Virus record (IMG/VR): IMGVR_UViG_3300028393_000022 | Length of the DNA: 64,000 bases | Direction: 5' to 3' (one strand) | DNA from: a virus | Shown here: piece by piece, positions 55,935 to 63,810 of the stretch | How positions within the stretch are numbered: position 1 is the first letter of the stretch | Layout of the letters: every line of letters starts with the position of its first letter | Notes under the pieces: generated by a model | Seen by the model: only the letters and a program-made list of their open reading frames with translations | Database searches by the model: none | What the model was told of the DNA's origin: nothing | Position numbers and translations under genes: made by a program

Positions 55935-56658
55935 TAGTTGCACTGATGAATACAAGATCGGAACTGTAGATAGATTAAGTCCCGAGGCTCCTGTCCCCAT
56001 TATAAAATTAACAAATGAATATTCACTACCGGGTATGTCTGCAAATGTTCTAAGGAACCTACAGAACTTAGACATCAATCCAGACTTTGTCACTAACGAT
56101 AGTGAAATTAAGAAAACAAGATACATTGATCAAAAATCTGGACAGCATCTATTAAGAGTAGATACTGAACCCGCAGTTGTTCCTTGGGATGGTAAGACTC
56201 CTAACCATATTAAATCATATGATGCTATTTTAATATCAGATTACAACAAGGGTTTTCTAACATATGAAAGTGTAGAACAAGTTATTCGTTCTGCTAATTG
56301 TCCTATATTCATTGATACAAAGAAACAAGACTTATCTAGATTTAGTGCCGCTTGGACATATATAAAAATCAACGAATCAGAATACAAGAATCGGTATAGT
56401 ATTCCAAAACATTTAATTGTCACTCTTGGAGACAAAGGCGCCCAATTTAACGGTAAGATGTATTCAACTACACAAGTAGAAGTTATGGACGTATGTGGAT
56501 GCGGTGATACATTTATGTCTGCATTGGCTGCTCAATATCTCTTTACAAAAGACATAGAAGCTGCTATAATATTTGCTAACGTGGCGGCAGGTATAACTGT
56601 GCAACACCGCGGAAACTACGCACCTACACTTGACGAGATTAGAAATGCCGGATATTGA
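55876..56658 (+). CDS. HldE/RfaE domain I-like heptose-7-phosphate kinase (PfkB family)
   Basis: RLSPEAPVP, KTRY..LLRVD, SDYNKG and DVCGCGDTF. Confidence 0.87.
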   Translation: MNSSNNTQQLTSFNVLLIGDSCTDEYKIGTVDRLSPEAPVPIIKLTNEYSLPGMSANVLRNLQNLDINPDFVTNDSEIKKTRYIDQKSGQHLLRVDTEPAVVPWDGKTPNHIKSYDAILISDYNKGFLTYESVEQVIRSANCPIFIDTKKQDLSRFSAAWTYIKINESEYKNRYSIPKHLIVTLGDKGAQFNGKMYSTTQVEVMDVCGCGDTFMSALAAQYLFTKDIEAAIIFANVAAGITVQHRGNYAPTLDEIRNAGY

Positions 56659-57223
56659 TTTAGATTTTCCAGATAGGACACGGGCACTTGATGTTATCAA
56701 ACACATCCCTGCGGCTATGTCAGATAATGGAACTTTTAAAAAGCACAACACTGGTGTATATTGTCATTCTATTCCTTACAATCCCCTAACCGAAACTGCC
56801 AGTATAGACTACAAACAAGCAGAGGATCGCGGCTACTTTAAGATCGATTTCTTAAATGTCAGTGTCTATAAAGACATTCGAGATGAAGCTCACCTAACTA
56901 GATTACTCAATACGGAACCATTATGGGATTTATTATTGCAAGACGAATTCGTGAATCTGTTATTTCATGTGAACGGACATGGGGCAATTTTGAGGATGAT
57001 GAAGCCGACGAGTATCGAGGAGTTAGCCGCTGTATTGGCTATTATCCGCCCGGCAAAACGATATCTGATTGGGCAAGATTGGTCCGTCGTGAAGAACGAA
57101 GTTTGGCAGAAACCCAACAGCGATGAATATTATTTTAAGAAGAGTCACGCCCATAGCTACGCAGCATTAGTAGTCATACATATGAATCTTATCTGCGAAG
57201 GTATTAGTTATGGTTTTTCTTAA
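56645..57223 (+). CDS. miniature DNA polymerase III alpha (DnaE)-like catalytic core
   Basis: MPDIDLDF, HNTGVY, GYFKIDFL, LAIIRP and YFKKSHAHSYA. Confidence 0.8.
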   Translation: MPDIDLDFPDRTRALDVIKHIPAAMSDNGTFKKHNTGVYCHSIPYNPLTETASIDYKQAEDRGYFKIDFLNVSVYKDIRDEAHLTRLLNTEPLWDLLLQDEFVNLLFHVNGHGAILRMMKPTSIEELAAVLAIIRPAKRYLIGQDWSVVKNEVWQKPNSDEYYFKKSHAHSYAALVVIHMNLICEGISYGFS

Positions 57224-57581
57224 CCGATCTAACTAACTGAATCGATTTGCGTTTAACACGCTTTTCTGCAATTTCACTAAGATTTACCAACGGACCAAAC
57301 ATTAACTCTGCATCTTTGGAGTTAAACGTTTTTATAAAGGGTCTAAATATTTGCATTTCTTTCTTTAGAAAAATATTAATTGGTATTTTTCTATTGCTTT
57401 CCCACCACCAAACTTCACCCATTTCTAAAAACAATTGACGTTCTGTTTCGCCTGTAATCATTGATATGTCATATATGCTGGCAACATAGTCGTCGAAATT
57501 TATAACGATACCTACATATTCCTTATCATTGGACTTGACGCAGGAAATAAAGGGGAAGTTGTCTTGAATTTGTTCTTTCAT
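57204..57581 (-). CDS. hypothetical protein
   Basis: 125-aa ORF filling the gap; WWWESNRKIPINIFL. Confidence 0.65.
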   Translation of the reverse strand: MKEQIQDNFPFISCVKSNDKEYVGIVINFDDYVASIYDISMITGETERQLFLEMGEVWWWESNRKIPINIFLKKEMQIFRPFIKTFNSKDAELMFGPLVNLSEIAEKRVKRKSIQLVRSVKKNHN

Positions 57582-57602
57582 CTAGTTAAAATAAATACTT
57601 AT

Positions 57603-58439
57603 ATGCAAAATTTACCAATCTATTTATACCCAAACACTCTTGACGTTATATTAGATATGGACGCATCTACTAAGGGAATTAATCAAGTTATGTATCAACG
57701 AGACTTAAAAGTACAAAAAGGGATTAAAAACTTGATTCAAGTCCAGTTTAAGAATAGCGATCAGAAAAGGGTTCCAATTTTTAACACGCAAACATTTGTT
57801 TTTAGTATGTTTGACGCTATTAATCAGCGACTGATAATTGAAAAACCGTTAGATGTATTAGATGTAGGAACTATTACCACTCGTGGTCTTGCATTACTGA
57901 CCCTTACTGAAAGTGATACTCTTGACCTAGATAGAACCAGCTATCAGTATAGCGTAAAATTATTAGACACTGACGGTAGCTATACTCCTACATATTCCAA
58001 TACCTATTACAATGTGTCGGGCACACTGCACCTACAGAACGATGTGATGCCAGTTCTTAAGGACAGCACCAGTGTGGTAAATTTTGAATCAGTTTGGAAC
58101 GATGCTACTAGATTGTATGAATTTTCTACAGGGAATATATATGCTAGTCCAGAATTTAACGGAAATGGCGCCTTGCATACTTTGGCTATCTATATGTCAA
58201 GATTTAAAGGCACAGTATATATTGAAGGAACACTAGACAACGATCCTGGTGCAAATAATAACTACAGCATCATCAATACTCTAGGCTATAACAGTTTTAC
58301 CGGAATTGATTATGTTAATTTTAACGGTGTCTATTCATATGTAAGATTTCGGTATGTACCGGCTCAAGCTCCTACAGGTGGAGATAATAGAGACACTACT
58401 TATGCCGGAACAGTTGATAAAATTCTCTATCGAAGCTAA
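57603..58439 (+). CDS. late beta-rich putative virion protein
   Basis: TAAATA at 57592, 5 nt before ATG; beta-sandwich-like composition. Confidence 0.6.
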   Translation: MQNLPIYLYPNTLDVILDMDASTKGINQVMYQRDLKVQKGIKNLIQVQFKNSDQKRVPIFNTQTFVFSMFDAINQRLIIEKPLDVLDVGTITTRGLALLTLTESDTLDLDRTSYQYSVKLLDTDGSYTPTYSNTYYNVSGTLHLQNDVMPVLKDSTSVVNFESVWNDATRLYEFSTGNIYASPEFNGNGALHTLAIYMSRFKGTVYIEGTLDNDPGANNNYSIINTLGYNSFTGIDYVNFNGVYSYVRFRYVPAQAPTGGDNRDTTYAGTVDKILYRS

Positions 58440-58442
58440 ACT
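58414..58442 (+). promoter_or_regulatory. possible sigma70-type promoter for primase
   Basis: TTGATA-17 bp-TAAACT, 6 nt before the GTG start. Confidence 0.5.
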
Positions 58443-58448
58443 GTATAT

Positions 58449-59456
58449 GTGAATGATATACAATCTGCATTATTAGCATTACTGCCTCCAAAAAGAAAAC
58501 TGACATCCGGTGGATGGACAAGTTTTAATGCGCCCTGCTGTCATCATAGAAATGAAGGCAGAGATGATAGACTTCGTGGCGGCATCAAAGTAGAAAATGA
58601 TGGATTTGTCTATCATTGCTTTAATTGCGGATTTGCCGCAGGTTGGACTCCGGGCAAACTGTTAAGTAAAAATACCAAAGACTTATTCAAATGGGTAGGT
58701 ATGAGCGAGTTTGAGATAGGTAAACTGAATCTGGCCACTATGAAGATCAAAGATGATCAGCCAGTATTCAAAAAAGCATTTAATCTAACACTGCTAGAAA
58801 GACCCTTGCCTGACGGAACAATGTCTATAACGGATTGGATCGATACTGCACATTTACCCGATATTTCTGAAGACATTGGTAAAATAATAGAATATATTTT
58901 AGGTCGCGGAATGAAGATGGAATGGTATAACTGGATGTGGTGTGCAAATCCAGGCTACAAAGATCGCGTGTTCATTCCTTTTTATCAAGACGGAAAAGTT
59001 GTAGGATATACAGGACGTAAGATTACAGAAGGTAAGCCCAAGTATCTAACTGATAGTCAAAGTGGCTATGTGTTTAATATAGATGCCCAGGACTACACTA
59101 GAAAGTTTGTAATTGTATCAGAAGGACAGTTTGACGCTATTGCAGTGGATGGTGTTGCCATAATGACCAATGAGCCCAATGATGCTCAGATTGCTAGATT
59201 AACTGCACTAGGTAGAGAAGTTATTGTAGTGCCGGACAGAGATCGTCCTGGTGCAAAAATGTTGAAGCACGCCATACAGAATAACTGGACTGCCAGTTTG
59301 CCGCCTTGGGGTGATGATGTCAAAGACATTGCTGAAGCTGTAAAGAAATATGGACGCTTGTATGTGTTAGCCACAATCTTACACTACAAGGTCACGGGAG
59401 AGATAAAAATAAATCTACTGAAGAAGAAACTAGAAGCAATTAAAGATGATGAATAA
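58449..59456 (+). CDS. DNA primase (T4 gp61-like)
   Basis: Zn ribbon (APCC..YHCFNCG) and TOPRIM motifs EGQFDA and PDRD. Confidence 0.9.
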   Translation: MNDIQSALLALLPPKRKLTSGGWTSFNAPCCHHRNEGRDDRLRGGIKVENDGFVYHCFNCGFAAGWTPGKLLSKNTKDLFKWVGMSEFEIGKLNLATMKIKDDQPVFKKAFNLTLLERPLPDGTMSITDWIDTAHLPDISEDIGKIIEYILGRGMKMEWYNWMWCANPGYKDRVFIPFYQDGKVVGYTGRKITEGKPKYLTDSQSGYVFNIDAQDYTRKFVIVSEGQFDAIAVDGVAIMTNEPNDAQIARLTALGREVIVVPDRDRPGAKMLKHAIQNNWTASLPPWGDDVKDIAEAVKKYGRLYVLATILHYKVTGEIKINLLKKKLEAIKDDE

Positions 59457-60912
59457 AAAAGAAAAACAACCTAAACCAAACTACAACTACGACATTCAAA
59501 AACTGTATCTCGAAATGTTTATGAGTGATGCAGAGACATTTGTCCGCTGCCAAAATATTTTTGATCCATTAAACTTTGACCAACGACTGCAAGACATTGC
59601 TTCATTTATTACCAAGTATGTAGATGAATACAAGGTCATGCCCGAAGCTACGATTGTTAATGCCAGCACAGGTGCGGATCTAAATCCTGTACAACTTCCC
59701 AAAGAAAACTACGACTGGCTGATGAATGAGTTTGAAAACTTCAGTCGACATAAAGGACTAGAGCGAGCAATTATCAACTCAAGTGATTTGTTGGAAGCAG
59801 GCGATTATGGTCCAGTTGAGAAGCTGATCAAGGATGCTATTCAGATCAGTCTAAATAAAGACATGGGTACTGATTACTTTGAAGACCCTAGAGCTCGATT
59901 GAGTAAACTAAAGGACGGCAATGGACAAATATCTACAGGATGGCCTAGCATTGATAAGAAACTGTATGGAGGTTTCAATAGAGGTGAGCTTAATATATTT
60001 TGCGCTGGCTCCGGTGGTGGCAAGAGTTTGTTTCTGGCTAATATGGGTGTTAACTGGGCGCTCCAAGGGCTCAACGTGCTGTACTTAACATTTGAATTGA
60101 GTGAAGGCCTGGTGTCTATGCGTTTAGACAGTATGATGACAGGTATCTCAACTCGTGAAGTGTTTAAGAGCATCGATGACGTTGAACTCAAAGTTAAGAT
60201 GTTGGGCAAGAAGGCAGGTAATCTCCAGGTCAAGTATATGCCATCGGGCAAGAACTGTAATGATATTCGAGCATACTTGAAAGAGTATCAAGTTAAGAAA
60301 GGCTGCAAGCCTGATGTTATTCTAATTGACTATTTGGACTTGATGATGCCGTTGAGTGTCAAAGTTAGCCCAAGTGATTTGTTTGTTAAGGACAAATATG
60401 TATCAGAAGAGATCCGTAATTTGGCGATGGAAACACAATGTATTACAGTCACAGCTAGCCAGTTAAACCGTAGTGCTGTTGAAGAAATTGAATTTGATCA
60501 TAGTCACATCTCAGGTGGCCTGAGTAAGATTATGACAGCAGATAACGTGATTGGTATCTTTACAAGTCGTGCAATGAAGGAACGTGGACGTTATCAAATC
60601 CAGTTTATGAAAACAAGGTCTAGTAGTGGTGTTGGACAGAAAGTTGATCTAGAGTTTAATGTAGAAACACTACGCATCAGTGATCTAGGTGAGGATGAAG
60701 ATAGCGGTAGTAGCTTCAGTCAACAAAAGACGCAAGGCGGCGGTAGCAGTGTTTATGCAGGATTGAAACGTACTAGTTCAGTTACAGAACAAGTTGACGA
60801 GAACGGAGAGATCAATCCCACAGTGGGCTCAAACTTTCCCAAGAGCAAGGCAGCTAATCATGCAGCCGGTATTCGAAACATACTGGCCACAATGAACAGC
60901 GAAAAAGATTAA
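59446..60912 (+). CDS. replicative DnaB-family helicase (T4 gp41-like)
   Basis: AGSGGGKS, IDYLDL, TASQLNR and KTR. Confidence 0.93.
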   Translation: MMNKKEKQPKPNYNYDIQKLYLEMFMSDAETFVRCQNIFDPLNFDQRLQDIASFITKYVDEYKVMPEATIVNASTGADLNPVQLPKENYDWLMNEFENFSRHKGLERAIINSSDLLEAGDYGPVEKLIKDAIQISLNKDMGTDYFEDPRARLSKLKDGNGQISTGWPSIDKKLYGGFNRGELNIFCAGSGGGKSLFLANMGVNWALQGLNVLYLTFELSEGLVSMRLDSMMTGISTREVFKSIDDVELKVKMLGKKAGNLQVKYMPSGKNCNDIRAYLKEYQVKKGCKPDVILIDYLDLMMPLSVKVSPSDLFVKDKYVSEEIRNLAMETQCITVTASQLNRSAVEEIEFDHSHISGGLSKIMTADNVIGIFTSRAMKERGRYQIQFMKTRSSSGVGQKVDLEFNVETLRISDLGEDEDSGSSFSQQKTQGGGSSVYAGLKRTSSVTEQVDENGEINPTVGSNFPKSKAANHAAGIRNILATMNSEKD

Positions 60913-61469
60913 AACCAGTTGGCTATCTGAAGACGACCACTTTCGGCAATGATCTTATGCCACTGGTCGATGTCGTCTAAGCCAAAAAGGATCTCAGGAT
61001 CTGGGGGTATGAAAGTCCATATGTGATTGATACTCCATGGCGCTTCTCCAGCAATCTCGCCTTCCAGGTGTCCCGGCAACCATTTGGTATAACCTGCTAC
61101 TACACGGAAGTTCTCAGGACCCGCATTTTCGCTGATAGCAGCCAGCACACTCATATCATTGCTAACACCAATGGTGTCGCTCAGTTTAATAGTCGTGGGG
61201 CTGAACCAATCCATACTGTGTATGACATGTATACGATTAGTAGCTTCTGGACCACCATTGTAAAGCGGTTGATCACGGTCGGTATGTAATCCCACGTTCT
61301 GCATAACAATATCAAAGCTGACATCATTACTAAATGGTTTATTAATTTGTAAGCCTATAGCACCTGTGCTGTCATGATCTAATATCAGCATTACGCCCCT
61401 ACGAGAATACGGGTCTGGTCTTTTAGGATGAGCGGCTAGTAGATAGCCTCTATAGTTTTGTTCAATCAT
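60909..61469 (-). CDS. YqgE/AlgH (DUF179) family protein
   Basis: LLAAHP..D.., GAIGLQINKP, LYNGGP and GYTKWLPGHLEGEI. Confidence 0.8.
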   Translation of the reverse strand: MIEQNYRGYLLAAHPKRPDPYSRRGVMLILDHDSTGAIGLQINKPFSNDVSFDIVMQNVGLHTDRDQPLYNGGPEATNRIHVIHSMDWFSPTTIKLSDTIGVSNDMSVLAAISENAGPENFRVVAGYTKWLPGHLEGEIAGEAPWSINHIWTFIPPDPEILFGLDDIDQWHKIIAESGRLQIANWF

Positions 61470-61474
61470 AACGA

Positions 61475-61491
61475 TATTTAATCGATAAATA
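61475..61491. promoter_or_regulatory. back-to-back late promoters TATTTA-atcga-TAAATA
   Basis: 29-bp near-palindromic intergenic space between divergent genes. Confidence 0.75.
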
Positions 61492-61498
61492 TTTTAAT

Positions 61499-62188
61499 AT
61501 GCGATTACTTGAATTTAATCTAGGTGTTAACGAAAATCCCGACCTGAATCCCAAACTGTGGAAGAATAACGAGCTTATGCTTGATGTTAAATCAGCGCTG
61601 ATTAAAATTGCCCAAGACTTTAAAAAATTCGTAGACATACCTTTTGAAGTACTAGATCTAACCATAACAGGTGGCCAAGTCAGCTATTACTACACAGACC
61701 AAAGCGATTTGGATCTACACCTGGTTGTAGATATGAATAATACGCCCTGCGATAGAGAAGCAGCCGAATTGTTTGATACCAAACGTATGCTCTACAAAAA
61801 GAAATACACTGTAACGGTAAAAGGTATTCCGGTTGAGCTCTATGTAGAGGATAAAGATTTTCCAGCAGTCAGTGCCAGCTACAGCATACTAAAAGACAGG
61901 TGGATCAAGCATCCAGAACGCAGTCCAGCTGAACTAGATCTGGAAGAAGTCAATAGAATGTCAGAGCAATGGCACAAAATAATCCAGGCCGTTTTGACGT
62001 CAAACGACTTGGAAACCGCTAAAAAAACTATGGGAATGTTGCGGAAATATCGCAAATTAGGCCTAAAACACTCCGGTGAATATGGCGTAGCTAACTTGGT
62101 ATACAAAACACTACGCAACAGCAATCTAGTGGAAAAACTCCAAGATTTCATCGATCAAGAGCATGATCGCTCTTTGAGCTTAAAATAA
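61499..62188 (+). CDS. Pol-beta superfamily nucleotidyltransferase
   Basis: ITGG..SY....SDLDLH plus a third acidic residue in PVELYVED. Confidence 0.75.
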   Translation: MRLLEFNLGVNENPDLNPKLWKNNELMLDVKSALIKIAQDFKKFVDIPFEVLDLTITGGQVSYYYTDQSDLDLHLVVDMNNTPCDREAAELFDTKRMLYKKKYTVTVKGIPVELYVEDKDFPAVSASYSILKDRWIKHPERSPAELDLEEVNRMSEQWHKIIQAVLTSNDLETAKKTMGMLRKYRKLGLKHSGEYGVANLVYKTLRNSNLVEKLQDFIDQEHDRSLSLK

Positions 62189-62278
62189 TCTAAATCTTGT
62201 AAACTAATTTCCGGGCTACCGCGTTATATATGTATGCAGGGATAATTCTGCATAATTTAACCAAAAGGAAACTTTATC

Positions 62279-62500
62279 ATGAAATTAGTCGCAACTTTAA
62301 TCGCTTCAGCATTTGCTGTTACCGCTTTCGCCGCAGAACCTGCCAAGAAAGAAGAAGCCAAACCTGCCACACCCACAGTGGCAGCTCCTGCTCCAACAGC
62401 CAGTGCTCCAGTTAAGGCTCCTACCAAAAGTGAAGCCAAAGCCGCTCCCGCTAAAAAGGACGACAAAAAGCCTGCTGACGCAGCTACAGCTAAGAAGTGA
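62279..62500 (+). CDS. small secreted Ala/Lys/Pro-rich protein
   Basis: AAGGA SD; signal peptide MKLVATLIASAFAVTAFA followed by a low-complexity tail. Confidence 0.75.
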   Translation: MKLVATLIASAFAVTAFAAEPAKKEEAKPATPTVAAPAPTASAPVKAPTKSEAKAAPAKKDDKKPADAATAKK

Positions 62501-62661
62501 TCTAGAAGAAGGGGATGACACCTACGACGAAGTACTAGATGCACATGTCGGAAGAGTTCGTCCCCAATTGATCGAACCATGGGATGACAACAGCCCATTA
62601 CCCGATCATATACTAGGCAGACTGGCTGAAATTCGAGAACTGGCTCTCAAGGCCTATCGTG

Positions 62662-62689
62662 AAAAAAGGACCTAACTAGTCCTTTTTTT
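62662..62689. terminator. bidirectional terminator-like hairpin
   Basis: AAAAAAGGAC-N7-GTCCTTTTTTT between convergent transcription units. Confidence 0.7.
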
Positions 62690-62777
62690 GCGGGCCCAGA
62701 TTCAGGAGCCCGAGCCCCACAGCGCGAAGCGCCAAGCGGTAAAAACGATTTTTCCACTCTATTATCTACCCTGATAA

Positions 62778-63320
62778 TTAATCAACAGCGTGTGAACTCA
62801 ACTGTCTACGAGCCAAATCCTGCCTTACTTGCTCAATCGCGTCACGTAGATCATGCGACTTGACATGTACAGCCAACCCACCAGCAGCAGTCCATGCTGC
62901 ACAGTTGTCCGATCGATCATCTACTAGGATATCTCCGGGCCCGCAATGCTTGTGTTTGTCTGTACTATGCGGCCCAAAAAATACAGGTATATCGGGGAAA
63001 CGTTCCTGGGCCCAAAGTACTTTGTCATAAAAGACCCAGGGCATGTCATCGTTATGAGGCACAGCAGTGAGAAACCTTAACTCCCAACCCAGCCGATCAC
63101 GATACCCTCTAGCCAAATCTACTAAGACTAGAGCATGGGGCATCAAGGGCAAATCACGATACATGCGATGTTCGTTACGTAGCTTTAGCCACTCTTGGTC
63201 GGTGTTTTTATAGTGCCCATTTACAAACTTTTCTCGTAATGGTCTCCCCAATACACGGGCAGCACCCGCATCCCAATCGGCTACGACGCCGTCCATATCT
63301 AGATAAAATGTATTAGTCAT
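62778..63320 (-). CDS. HAD-family 5'(3')-deoxyribonucleotidase-like protein
   Basis: YLDMDGVVADW, FLTA, K..W and ILVDDRSDN..W..AGG. Confidence 0.85.
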   Translation of the reverse strand: MTNTFYLDMDGVVADWDAGAARVLGRPLREKFVNGHYKNTDQEWLKLRNEHRMYRDLPLMPHALVLVDLARGYRDRLGWELRFLTAVPHNDDMPWVFYDKVLWAQERFPDIPVFFGPHSTDKHKHCGPGDILVDDRSDNCAAWTAAGGLAVHVKSHDLRDAIEQVRQDLARRQLSSHAVD

Positions 63321-63765
63321 TGAAGGTATATATGTAGTTGACTGTATTGCTGTTGACGCTGAGTACGTCTGCACCATTGCGTGTATGAAATGAGCGAGCC
63401 ATATCAGTGGGTGGCGATAGTGTGACGTATTGAGTGATATTCTTACGTGTAGCTCTTATATTAGCACAGGCTTCACGTATAAGTCTACGGCCAGCACCGG
63501 GTGCATAACTCCAAATGGTATAGAATACTGCTACAGTGGGGGTACCCTCGTTAGGCACAGCTAACTCAAGCACATCTTTGGGCACTGAATCTTTATAAGC
63601 AGCACAGACCACAGCTTGTGGCTTCAAATACTGTTCATCCAACAGTACAAACACAGCACATGACTCAGAAACTCTAAACTCACGTGGTATTTCTGGGCGT
63701 ACTGGATCATCTCTAATGAGTTCTAACAGTGGGTCTGACAGTGTGGTAATAATGTGTAGGGGCAT
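63313..63765 (-). CDS. GNAT-like hypothetical protein
   Basis: FYTIWSY.PGAGRRLI..FHTRNGA resembles acetyl-CoA-binding motifs. Confidence 0.5.
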   Translation of the reverse strand: MPLHIITTLSDPLLELIRDDPVRPEIPREFRVSESCAVFVLLDEQYLKPQAVVCAAYKDSVPKDVLELAVPNEGTPTVAVFYTIWSYAPGAGRRLIREACANIRATRKNITQYVTLSPPTDMARSFHTRNGADVLSVNSNTVNYIYTFND

Positions 63766-63810
63766 ACAGAGCAATAAGTATTATATACGTACTTATACAA
63801 AATAACAAAA

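Noticed and set aside
1131-62598. Numerous antisense and alternate-frame ORFs of 60-160 aa in the track
   Set aside because: They lie within well-supported genes, lack SD or promoter context, and mirror the codon bias of low-complexity sense genes
62690-62780. tRNA in the GC-rich intergenic patch
   Set aside because: No cloverleaf or T-loop GTTCRA motif on either strand
62778-63320. HAD protein as the missing GmhB heptose bisphosphate phosphatase
   Set aside because: DMDGV and LVDD motifs fit the 5'(3')-deoxyribonucleotidase type rather than the DRDG, Zn-binding GmhB type
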